The notes beneath the pieces were generated by a model, which saw only the letters and a program-made list of their open reading frames with translations, did not search any database and was not told the DNA's origin. A DNA stretch of 64,000 nucleotides, from NCBI GenBank assembly GCA_002269645.1, contig NIVC01002490.1, positions 1 to 64,000 on the forward strand, read 5' to 3'. Origin of the DNA: Macrostomum lignano. Taxonomy: Eukaryota. This document shows positions 1-12,000 of the stretch, one piece after another (position 1 is the stretch's first letter; every line of letters starts with the position of its first letter). The translations under genes and the position numbers were made by a program.

Positions 1-1
1 T

Positions 2-3000
2 TTGATTGTTACAATTGGACGAGATCGAAAAGTGACCATCACACCAATAGTTGATAGGAGAGATGGAACGTTTGAATTGGAGGACCCGAAACGCCATTCG
101 CGGTTATTTCTAGACTCAAGATGAATTTTTCCGTAGGCGAGGAAAATGGCGAAAGGTGGATTGGCATGACTGCAAAGCACGACTGCTATTCTGAGTTCGA
201 ATGATCGAGCTGCAAGGCAGGCTTGGAGGCTGGAAGAAGGCTAGCTTGGACATTAAACTGAACCTTCCGAGGCACTGGCAGGGGGACACGAAACTTGTGC
301 TCAACCATCTGGTGGAGGACACTGACAGCAGCAGAAACGGCCTGTCGACTATCGAGCTGCAATACCCTGGCGGCGGCATCTCCGGCAGCAGTGAGTTCAA
401 GATTGCTGCCGATGAAGTTTCTGGAACTTTTAAGATTCTTACACGTTTTGGGCCCTGGAGGAGCTGCAGCTTCACTCTGGAAGTCGAACAGCGAGCCGAT
501 TTGTCGACAATAGCCATGGTTTCAAGGTCAAGAGCTTTGGCAACCGGATTCAATTGTTGAACAATGTGAAACAAAGAGGATGGGAAAGTTTTAAGCTGTC
601 ATCAAACTTGAAAGCAATCTCGCTGGATGGGAAAGTGTCAAGATCAGCGCCCATCAAACCATCGATGTTTCTTCGTCGACATATGATGCCGCGCTCAAGC
701 TGGAGTCGCCAACTGTTCCTGAATTCTCCACCGGCTTGAACTGGAAGCTGGATTCGCCAGGATTCGAGGGTAACTTCTACACCAAAACAGAGTTCGAACA
801 GCTCAAGGAACTGAATGTCACTGTCCAAATGAGCTACACCGACTCGTTTTACTGGACAGCGAAGAGCAAAATCGATTTCCTCAGCGACCTCGGTGGCCGG
901 AAGGTAATTAAAAACGAGATGGCATTCAGAGGTTTGACAATGGCTGCTGGTTTTTCCGTGGCAAATTCAGAGACCAGCTTGGCAGCGAACTTGAAGGCCG
1001 AAGCACTGAGGCGCGACGCTGTTGAAATTGAAGGAAAGCTGAACGCTTGGGGCGACAAGAAAGCGATGCAGCTGACCTTGGAGAAGCCAAGTCCTGCTCA
1101 TTTCAAAGGAAAGCTTGAATTGAGTGGCATTCCAACGATTTCTGCCGAAGCAAGACTGTTCGAACTTAGTCGGTCATTGCGTCACGAGATTTCAGTTCTG
1201 TACGGCGAGACGCAGGTGTTGAAGAACAGTTTGCAATATGGAGAAACTGCTGGGGCTAACGGCCTAGTCCTTAGCGTCAACACCACGGTGATAGACTTCA
1301 AGCAAGAGAGCGGACTGGAACTCAAGCTGGATTCTGGAAAGCTGAGCCTCGATGCAAAGCACAAATGCAACTGGCTGCGCGGCCCTGTAACACTCAAATT
1401 CGAAGCTGAGAAGCGGTCGACAGGCCTGGCTTACCTGTCAGCAAATGCGAACTTCCAATGGCCGTACTCTGACCCCGCAACCATGTCGTTTCTGCTGAAT
1501 CTTGAGCACGCCAAAAAGGGAGTTGCCGAGTTTGATCTTCGCATTCCGACTATGAACCGGATCTGTTACGGCGTTACGTGGAACTTCTTGACTAACATTG
1601 CGGGAACTATCAGCATCGAACTGCCGTACGTTGGCGGCATTGAGAGCAAGTTGAGTGCAGAGGGCAACGAGCTGCTAGTCATGCTTGAGATGCCAAGGAT
1701 TCTGAGCGACAAATGGGAACTGCGAATCAGTGGCACTGCTTCATCGCCCACTCGGGCTCAGTTGAACTTCCGCCTGCTGACGTCTCTGCCGAACTTTAGA
1801 GAAATCAGCATCAACCATGTGCACAACCTAGAAGATGACAACCAGCTGACATCTGAGCTGATGCTTCCTGGCTGGACAAAGAAAGCGAGGTTGCACTTTA
1901 GCATTTCCGAAAATAAGATTACAGTTCAGGTGGACGGACCCGGGTTCCATCCAGTCTTGGGCGAACTGTTCGCAAGAAATGGCCCGAGCAATTTTGAAGT
2001 AAAGCTGATGTGCCGATGGAATGCGATCTTCGGCAATCACGATCTGGAGGTCAGAACCAAACTTACTCATTCTTATCTGCCCGCAACTGTGTCTGTGGAG
2101 GCCAAGCTGCCCCTGAAGCTGCTTGGATACGAAGATTCGGCCAAATTCAAGCTGGAGGGTGAATACAAAGTGCAGCCGACAACGGCTTTTAATGTTGAGC
2201 TGCAGATGGCACTGAGCGACAGCCGACCAATGTCGCAACTTGTGAAGCTTACATACGGTAAAGTGACTGGCAAGAGAATCTTCACAATCACTGTGCCAAC
2301 CATGATGTCCGCCAGCATCAGCCAGGAAGGCACAAGAACTGAAGCTGCAGTCACTATTGGAGATTTGAAAATGGAGCTGAGCCAGCAGACAAACTTTAAC
2401 AGCCTGAACGATTTCGAAGTTCTGGCCGACGCAAAGCTGACGGGTGCTTCAACGAGTCAAGTTGAGTTCCATCTGCGCCATCAGGGTCACTGGAGACGGT
2501 TCAACAACAGACTGAACGTGAAGCTGGATATGACCAGCGTATTTGACTATGAGGGACAGTTCGGATTTGATTTGAATAGGGCCCTGCTGAAGACCAAGTT
2601 TAGCATGGAGACACCTATCACGGACCGAATGTTTTTGAGTTTGGGCCACCACGGTCCGCTGTGGGACTTTAGCCAGCATTTGGAGCTCAGTTCAAAGTAC
2701 CACACGCCGATTGTTTACAAAGGTCGGTACAGTGATGCTGACGGCGAATTCGGAGCGACTCTTCCCAGACTCGGAGAGGCCAAGATGCAACTAAAGCGAG
2801 CCCCGAGCAAGAATACTGTCACCGTGCTAGTTAACAATATCCAAATGCTGCAAATTGAGAAGGAACAGTTGAGCTCAGGCGGTAAGCTGAGCATTCGAAT
2901 CGATGCGAACGGATTTAAGTGGCAGCGAAATTGGAAGGTCATGGCAATACAAGATGGTATTTCGAGAGGGCGATTTCCGTGACAGTAAACAATCACGTGG

Positions 3001-6000
3001 TAGAGTTTACCGGCAAGCACATTTTCAATTATGCGGCAGGATTCTCCGCGAAGTACACCCAGGCTCGAAACCCGGAGGTCCCTGTGCATCTGATTGACCT
3101 CAACTACCGGCTCAACAGAGGCGACAAGCCGTTCTTTGCTGGAATCACGCTAGTAAAGAACTACGAGACTCTGCTCAGTGTCGAGGCAAAGGCGAGCAAC
3201 GTGGACAACAGTGGACTGGCATCTTTGACTTTGCGAACGAGCCTGCAGGGCTTGCACTACACATCCCTTTCTGGTTCATTAACCTTGGATTTGTGGCGGT
3301 CCGGAGTCGCTGAGCTCAAGCTGAATAACGACTACACCAGAGAGAACAAAATCACCCTCGAGTTTTACACCGGAGCGGAAACTGGCAGCATCAAAGCTAG
3401 CTTTGATGGTGCGTATTTGGGAAAACACTCGATTCAGTTCAGTCAGATTAAGAGAAACAAGCTCGACTGGGCTATGAGCGAAGTAATCGAACTGAAATCT
3501 GGAAGCCTTGACTCAATCACCCTGACTGTTGATCGAGCGTATTCTTTCGGACGGGCTATGGAATTGAAGGTCCAACTTAAAACACCTTTCGAAGGAGCGA
3601 GAACAAGCACTTTGACAGTCAACGGCAATCTTCCAGCACCTGTGGGTTCACTGCTTCTGAGACTTGACCAAGAGTATCTTGGCACGCACGAACTGAAGAG
3701 CAAAATTAGCGCTCCACCGGGTCAGATCTCTGTGGCCTTCGAGATTATCAGCGACATTGATAGCATCGACAAAACTAAATTCGATTTCGATTTCGTGCGC
3801 TACCAGGTCAAGGCTTCGTTTAGTAACCAGATCGTGGGAACGATGGTCTTTGATAGCCGCGCCGAGATGCGACCGGGAGCAGCCTCGGGAAGACTAGTCA
3901 TTCAAGCTCCTTGGAACATCATCGGCACATCCGCTTTCAGCTTCAAGTGGAGGAACATTAACAAGGCTACAAATCTCGAGTTGACTGTGAGGACTCCTAT
4001 CGTCGGTGAGAACTTCCTAAAGATCAACAAAGCCGAAGAAAAAGTCGGGGACACCGAGGTTCAGTCCATCTTTGACGCGTCCGTCTACCTCGAGAAGCTG
4101 AATGAACGACTTAGTTTGCGGTCGAGGTTTTCGAGCAAATTGGATAACTCTTTCAGTGCAGAAGGACGTCACCAGGTTCAAAGCAGCAGGCTTGGTGCTT
4201 ATTCTCTATCAGAAGAGGTGCAGGTATTCAACAACAAGGTGTTCGCACGAGTCACAGTCAAAACTCCATTCGATTCGTGGGACAAATCGACTTTTACATA
4301 CGACTTTGAAACTGAGGGCAGTGCTCGGAAAATGACGGTTCGGCTGGATACGAAACTGTACGGAATGCAGGACCTCACATTCCGAGTTAACGACAACGAA
4401 CTAACGGGCCACATCACTGTTCTGTCAATTCGCAATGAGCTGACAATCATCGGATGGAGACCACAGCGAGACAGCAACGGCGCAATGTTGGTGGACTTTT
4501 TCGCGTCCGTTTCCTCGCCATTCATGAAGGCTTCCACGCGAGTTGGACTCAAGAGGGGCCACTTCAGCGCGATGGTTAGCACGGAGGTTCAGTCCAGGAC
4601 TGCAACAGCCACCACAAGCGCCACGTGGGAAATTAAACCGAAAAGACTGCTGCTAGATGTGGCTGCCAATGCCAAAGTGAGCGACATCTTCTCGCAAGCC
4701 TGGGGCGCAATGTGCGATCTGGATTTAGCCAATGAGACAGTAAAGCGGCTGGTTGTGAAGCTTGTTGCCCCGTTGAAATCCATTGAAACAACTGAACTGG
4801 CTGTCACTTTCAAGAAGAACCCGCTGATTGATGCGTCCGTCCTCATTCAGTCGCCATTCTTTGGAAACGTGAAAGTCAAAGGCATGTGGCACGCGCCAAA
4901 GGGACTTCTCGTGGCACCAATTTCAGCGAAGTTCAGAGTAGACAGCAGCATTGAATTTGTTCCAAAGTTTGAAGCATCGTTTGACCATGTGCAGAAGCAC
5001 GAGCACGTCATCTGTGAGTTCGGATTGATGAGTCTGAGCACAGGAAAGTTTGTGTTCAAGGCCGACAGTGTGCTGGATGCATTCAACAAGAAGATGCAGG
5101 TGAACCTAGGCGTCAACCGAGAGTTGAGCTTCAAGTGGCAGTCAAAGTCGGATCTCTCGGAAGGAAGCCTTGACGAGCGGGTTGTTGCCGTGTTGAACCA
5201 GCGCGACAAGTACTCAGCTAAAGCAGTCTACAACTGGAAGAACGACAGAACAGTCCTCTTCAAAGTCACAACACCATTTCCAGGCTATGAGAAGCTTGGA
5301 ATGAAGCTGGTTGCTCAAGTATCCATGCCATTTGACGTTACTGCGAAGCTCATGCTACCAAACCAGGAGCTCAAGGCTCAGGCAGTTCTGGATCTCACTG
5401 ATGGCCTGCATGCGCGAGTCGCTTTGAAACTGCCGGGTCTGCCGGATGTGGAGCTCGCTTTCCAGACAGCCGGCAGCCTGAAGAACTACAAGTTTGAGCT
5501 CACTACCCAGTACGGCACAAAGCGCTTCTCTGTTCTGACCAACTGGGACTTGTCGGTCGACAAGCAATTCAGGGTGAAGCTGGAGACACCGGTTGAGGAT
5601 CTCAGACTTGCCGAACTCTACGCTGCAGTCTACGGCAACATGGATGCCAAGCGAAGCGTGAAGCTTCGTGTCGCTTTCAACGACTATGCGAACGAGCTGA
5701 AACTGAGCAGAGAATCGAACGAGAAGGGGATGAAGCTGCGAGTCCACTACCCTGGCAGGCTGGTCGAAATGAAAATGTCGCGCTCGGGACACGATGTGAA
5801 CAAAGTGTTGCAAATTGTTCTCGAAATGAATAAACAAAAGCTAGTTGATGTTTCAACAAAGCTTCAATCCATGTTTTCGGCTGAGAGATGGTCGGGCATT
5901 AGACTGCCTCACTCCGGTTTTGTCAGAGTGAACACTCTGTTCGGAACAGCCCTTGAACAGTCAGCGATTGAGTGGGACTACAGGCGAATGGTGTCCTCCG

Positions 6001-9000
6001 CAAGTGGACTGCATGATCTCTCACTGCTACTGAAAGTTGCGTACAAGGAATCGAATTTCAACTATGAGATGTCAATGCTGCACGATGGCAAGTTCCAAGT
6101 TCGGACATCCTTGAATCTGCCTGAGTACGCAATTCGGCTGGACGAAGTCTCCGCATCGGTGCAAATCACTGGCTACGGCAACAAGGAGAAGCGAGTAGTC
6201 ATCGATGTCTCACATCTCGAAAGGAAAGTTAAACTGACTTGCATTACGAACTTGAAGGACAGTATTCAGGTGCACTTGAACGGAATCAACGGTTTGACAT
6301 CGTTTATAAGCAAAGATAGCTTGGCACTACAGACCCACTTTGTCCAAACCAATTTGATTGGCGAAATCAGCTTCAGGCTCTCAGGACTTCGCAGTGGAGA
6401 ACTGAAGTTAATGCTCAGCGCTAAGAAAGAGAAGGCGTTCAACGTCCAGCTCGCGGTGAGCGCAGAGGCTTTCGCCCGATCCGTCGACGGTCACCTGCTC
6501 GTCAAGTCTCGTCAAGGATGGCTGTCGTCGGCAACCGAGCACTCGCTGGAGGGACGCCTTAGCCTGTTTAGCCCTGTCATGGGATCCTGCGCATCGAAAT
6601 GGACCGCCAAGCTGAAGCCAGGAGTTTTGGAGGCGGATCTGAATGTAGCCACGGGCATGGCCTCAGAAAATCAGCTGTTGTCGTCGAAGCTGTCAGTCAG
6701 CTATGAGAACAACCGGTACGCAAAGGTGGAGTTCAGCGGATTCGGAGTAAACGGAGAAGTTGCTTCAGCTCTTCGAGACAAGCAGTGGGATCTGACAGTG
6801 AAGAGCGGCCGTACAGAAGTAGCCAGCATTATGTGGAGTGTCGATCATTCTGGCTACTACAGAACCAGAACCAGCACACATAGGTTAAATGTGCTGTACA
6901 ATGGACAAGTGGTTCTCGGATTTGAGTCCAAGCAAGAAGTAGTGAACTGGGACAATCAGTATTCGGTCAGCGCTAAGCTGGAGGTGGCGGGCAAGGCCTT
7001 GAAAACCATCAAATTCGAAAGAAAGGGCAGGACGTTTGATGTTAATTTCGAGTGGGACCAACTCAGTCCACTCAAATTGGAGATTAACTGCGATTCTCTC
7101 CTGAGACCCAAGATCGCCATCACATTCGGAGCTCTCGAGGCTCTGGCCCACATGAATCTGCTACCGTCGGATGGAACCTACAGTGCCGAGTTCAAAACCG
7201 CGAACCCGTGGTTGCCAATCAACGTGAGACTGAATCACATCCACAGAGCCTACCACCACAAAATCCTGCATGAACTGGAGTTTGGAAGAAAAAAGTACAC
7301 TCTCGATAGCTCAGCAATCCTGACTGGCCCTAGATGGAATGCCAAGCTGCACTGCACCAGCCCAACGAAGAGCCTGAAATTGACTTCTCACGCATCCTAT
7401 GCTACCAGGACGGGAAGCTTCAGCAACACCATCGAGTACAATGGCGTCACGTACCTCCAGCTAGATGGAAACTTGCAGGAGAACGTGGCGTCTCCGGAAA
7501 AGGGATACGAGTCGATGAGCAGCGCTTCGGTGCAACTGTCGACTGGTGAGCACCGGTACAGGCGGTACTTGCCGCCAATCAGAGTCAGCCTGCAGCATCA
7601 CTGCAACAATGCCGGATGGAGAGACACAGCTTGGTCCAACCAGGCCAGCCTTGGAGAATGGAAAGTGACTCACACCGGTAAAATCGATGCCAAAAACCAA
7701 GTTGCAAAGTTCCGACTGACAGGACTGGGCCATGAAAACGTTCTCAAATTCGACAGGCGCTCATTTCTCGTGCAGCACACAGCCGAAGGCGTCAACGTCC
7801 TGAAGCTATCCGCAAAATGCGACAAGACTTCTTCGGAACTGCAGTTCAACAGCGATTGGACCAGCTTTCACACCAACGCCAAGTTTGGCCACGACCTTCG
7901 CGGGAGAGAAGGAAGCGTCACAATGGAGCAAACTGGAAGCTTCGAGACCCCGAAGCTCACCGCAAGCTGGAGCCTGAAGCTGCCGAGCCTTCGCGCTGAC
8001 CTGAACATCGGAGGCGCGAGAATGCAGCTCAGGCATGAGCACAGGTCCAACGCAGACTTTTCTTGCCATCACTCGTTCACCAATGGCCCCGTGAAGCACG
8101 AATTCAAGGCAAAGTTTGCAGTAAAGCCATCCACTCGTAGCGAATATCGGGTGGAAGTGGTGGGAACTGCCGAATTGACTTCTACATCGATCCGAACTTT
8201 GTTGTCTGCCAGCTTCCAGCATCATCACAACAGCTGGCTGGAGCATAGCTGCGCCGCTAAACTCCATGCTGGAGACTGGAAGCTGCTGCACAAATCAGTG
8301 ATGGCGCCTGGTCTTCTGGAGACGGAGAACTACATTCATCGAGGCTCTGAGGCGCTCTATGAAGGCAAGCTGAACTGGCAGGCTGGAGTCCTCATCGCTG
8401 AGAGCAAGTTTAACGGCGTTTCGCTGTGCAGAGTCGAGATGCACTGTGCAAATAAGCTGAGCAGCATCAAATTGTCCAGCCCGCGATGGGGCGTCGATTC
8501 CCAGATGAAGTTTGAGCACGATTTTGAGAACTGGAGACAGAGCAAGTTTACTGCGGAGCTGAAGGGCAGAAACGCAAACTTTAAAGCAAGCACCAACTGG
8601 CATTTCTCGGACAACTCGAAGCGTTTTTACGCCAGTCTGTTTACCTCAATGCCTGTCTTGGAAATTGACTTGAGTTCCAACAAGGCCGACGATGGAGTCG
8701 CCCACTTCAGACACAAGGCCAGCTTCGCCACCATCAAGCTACAAGCGAGCGGCGTGTACGATGGCAGCTCAGCAGCTCGGCTGACTGAGACAACGCTGGT
8801 TTTTGAGCAGTCTTTTGGTCAGACAGCCAGCTGGATGTGGTCGCACCGTTTCCGGAGAGCAGGTTTCGTTAAGCTGCTGTACTCCCATGGCTCCAGCGGC
8901 CTGCAAGAGGAGAAGCGGCTCAGCTGGAATTTTAATTCGCCGGGCAAGTCATCCTTCGAAATTCAGCACCCCAATCTGCGGCTCAACTTCGCGCAGCACT

Positions 9001-12000
9001 CCGCCACCAGCGGCCGCTTCAGCACCGAGTTGTCCTTCCCGACAGGTCAAAAGCAAAGCCTGGCGGGTGTTCTGGAAGCAGCGGCTACTTGGAAGTCGGG
9101 CGAGATCAAGCTGAACAGCAGCGGTCTGGTGTACGCCGGAAGCTGGAATCTGGATGGAGCTGAAAAGTCTCTCAACTTGGACGTGCGCAGTTTCAAGCTG
9201 AACCTGAGGCACAACCAGCGCGATGCGCGTAGCTTCGACTTCAATCACAGAATGACCTGCGTGGACTGTCCGTCATACACCTGGGTGCCGGAAGCCTTCG
9301 CCATCAGCGGCTCTCTGACTGCGCCTTCCAGTATGCGCGTGGCAAAACTGACAGCTAGCGTTGCAGTGAATAATGATGGCCCTCTGCCAGTTGAAGTGTC
9401 CTGGAACCTCGATGGGGAGCAATTTTTGGCGGAAATTTCGGCTCAGAACTTGATGGGCCGGTTTGCTCATCGACACGCATCGTGGACGAACTTTGACTTT
9501 AACCACACGCTGGTGCTGCTGGGCACGGCTCAGTCCGCAGTTGGAGGCCTGAAAATCGAGCCGTCCACGGAGTTCAGAAAGCGCCTTGTCGCTCATTTCA
9601 ACGCTTTGGACCAGAAAATCAACTTTGATCACGAGTTTGATGGCCTTCATCGGCACAGGTGGAACCATCGGGTGCAGCTTCTGGGTCGGCACTTGGTCTC
9701 GACGGGTCACCGATACGCTGGCGAGTCGCTCATGGCCCAGGTCAGGCGGATCGATACGGAGCCAGAAAAGCAAATCCTATTAACCTGGAAGCCGAACCAG
9801 TTCGAGTCTCGAGCTAGCTTGGGCAGCAGAGATGTTCTTCGCTTCAAGTACAGCCTTGAAAGTGCTGACAAGAGCGCTCTATTCAAGATTTACAACCCGT
9901 GGTGGAGTTCCAGCCCCTACGTGGCCGAGGCGACCCTGAGACGGACCTGCCCCATGTGCTACCGGCTTACAGCCAATGCGTCCGCGGATGGCACAAAGCT
10001 GGGTGCTGTGAACGCCGATTTCCAGCTACCGGACAGAGACCCAATCCAGGTGAACTTCAGCATGGAGACAACATTTGGTAAAGTGGAACTTCGGAACAAG
10101 ATCTTCGGCAGGAAGCTGTCCAGTTTCAAGTACGTGGGGTCGATCGGGACTGATTCGGCCAGCGTGCGCGTGACGCTGGAGTCTCAGATTCTCTCCCTCA
10201 GGAACGCGACATTTAACGCCGCTGTGCACAACATCAACCTGATCCCGTTGCTTAACGAGCCCGCCAGTTTCTTCTTCTCGCATGTCATCGACGCCGCAAA
10301 CAAGATTGAACAGTCCATCCAGGTGCGCTACGGAAACGGCCTGCCATTCGCCTACAGATTCTCCAGCGAGTTGATCCCGGCAAGCCGGCAACTGCTGCGA
10401 CTCCTGCCTGCAAATTTGAATCGCAAGTCCGTGCTCAGCGTGAACTGGCTGTCGGGCTCCTTTGTCGAGGTGCAGGTCAATGGTCCGCTAAGCGTGTCCG
10501 TGACCTCAAGCTGCCCCGTGGTGCCAGCTTTCACGATCAAGCTGCAGCCGAGAATGGACGCGGAGGAAAACACCTGGGATGCTGAGTTCCGCGTTGCTGA
10601 CAAAGTCATAAAATGCAGCCTAACGATTGACTCAAGGGTGCTTGAGCTTCGAGTTCAGACACCGTTTGAACTGGTGAGGAAACTGGGAGGCAAGGTGGCT
10701 TTCAATAGCGAGCCACCGATGAAACTGAGTGCTGAGGCCAGCTTTGAACTCAATGACTATCGCTATGCCGCATCAGTAAATGCCGATGTTAAGAAGGTGG
10801 CGCGCTATCCTCAAGGCTTGTTCAGCTGCAAGATTCAGACACCGCATCGCGCCATCAAAAGCGCCAAATTCCTGATTGAGCACCGGAGATCGGACGAGCT
10901 CTGGAGCGCCGAATTTGCTGCCCGGATCAACGAGAAGGAGCTCACAATTGATGGCAACGCAACCAACGAGGCTGTCAGACTTCGCATTGCTCTGCCAATT
11001 GAAGGCTACGAGAAGGTTGGCTTCAAAGTTCTGACAGACCAGTCGGAGTCGGAGCCGCGAGTGCAGGCGCTAGTGCACATGCCGCACGGCCACTTCGGCA
11101 GAGTGTCCACCGTTGGCAGTTACAATGGACCGGCTGCCATGTCCACTCGAGTGTCAGTTGAGAGCTCATTCCGCGGCTTCAGAAATGCTGAGATTAGAGT
11201 GAAAAACCAGATGCGACAGCGCATCCTGGAGCACACGTCGAGCATGAGGGTCAATGGAGAGCAGTGGCACGACATCAAGATCAGAGCCGGCATTCAAAGT
11301 GGACAGATCGTCGTCAATCGCACACAACCGGTGGTAATTGGCTATAAGGTGACCATGACTGGTGAAATGATCAACTCCGAGATCAAAGTGAACATCGGTG
11401 AATGGGTCCCGTTCCACCTGCGAGGCCAGGTGCAAGCCAGCGGCGAAGGAGTTAAAAGCAGATCGTTCCTCTCCCTGCGCACCCCGCACAGAACAGTGCA
11501 GCTGGACAGAGAGATCAGCCTCTTCTCGGGCCGGCTTGGCTACAAGCTGTCGTTCACGCCAAATCAGGGAGTTGTCCGGCCGCTCTCATTCGAGGCCTCT
11601 CTAGAAAACAAAGGAGTCTATTCTGAGGTGGATGTGGAGTCGAAACTGGCGCTTAGCACACCGGCCAGGCGAATCGAGTCGACCATTGGCTACCAGAAGA
11701 AGACTGGAGAGTTCCGCGCTTCAGCTACCGTCAACTGGGATGCGAACGACGCCGAGTCAAACAAAATTCTGGGAGTCTCAGTCCAGGGTCGCTACACGCC
11801 TGGAAGACAATTGGCTGGCACCGCCGAGCTGAGGTTTATTGACCCGAAGCCGTACTCAGTCTCAATCAGCACCGAAAGGGGAGTGGGAAAAACGTTGCAC
11901 TCCACTGACATCAGGTTGGACATTACGAAGAAAATTCAGGACACAATTGTACTCAAGTGGTCGGCCGTTCAAAAAGCTCCAGAGAGCACCCAACTCTCAG

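Noticed and set aside
585-2925. Programmed -1 ribosomal frameshifting at TTTAAG sites
   Set aside because: These are not canonical X XXY YYZ slippery heptamers, no obvious downstream stimulator was seen, and five shifts in one gene are better explained by sequencing error. Kept only as a low-probability alternative.
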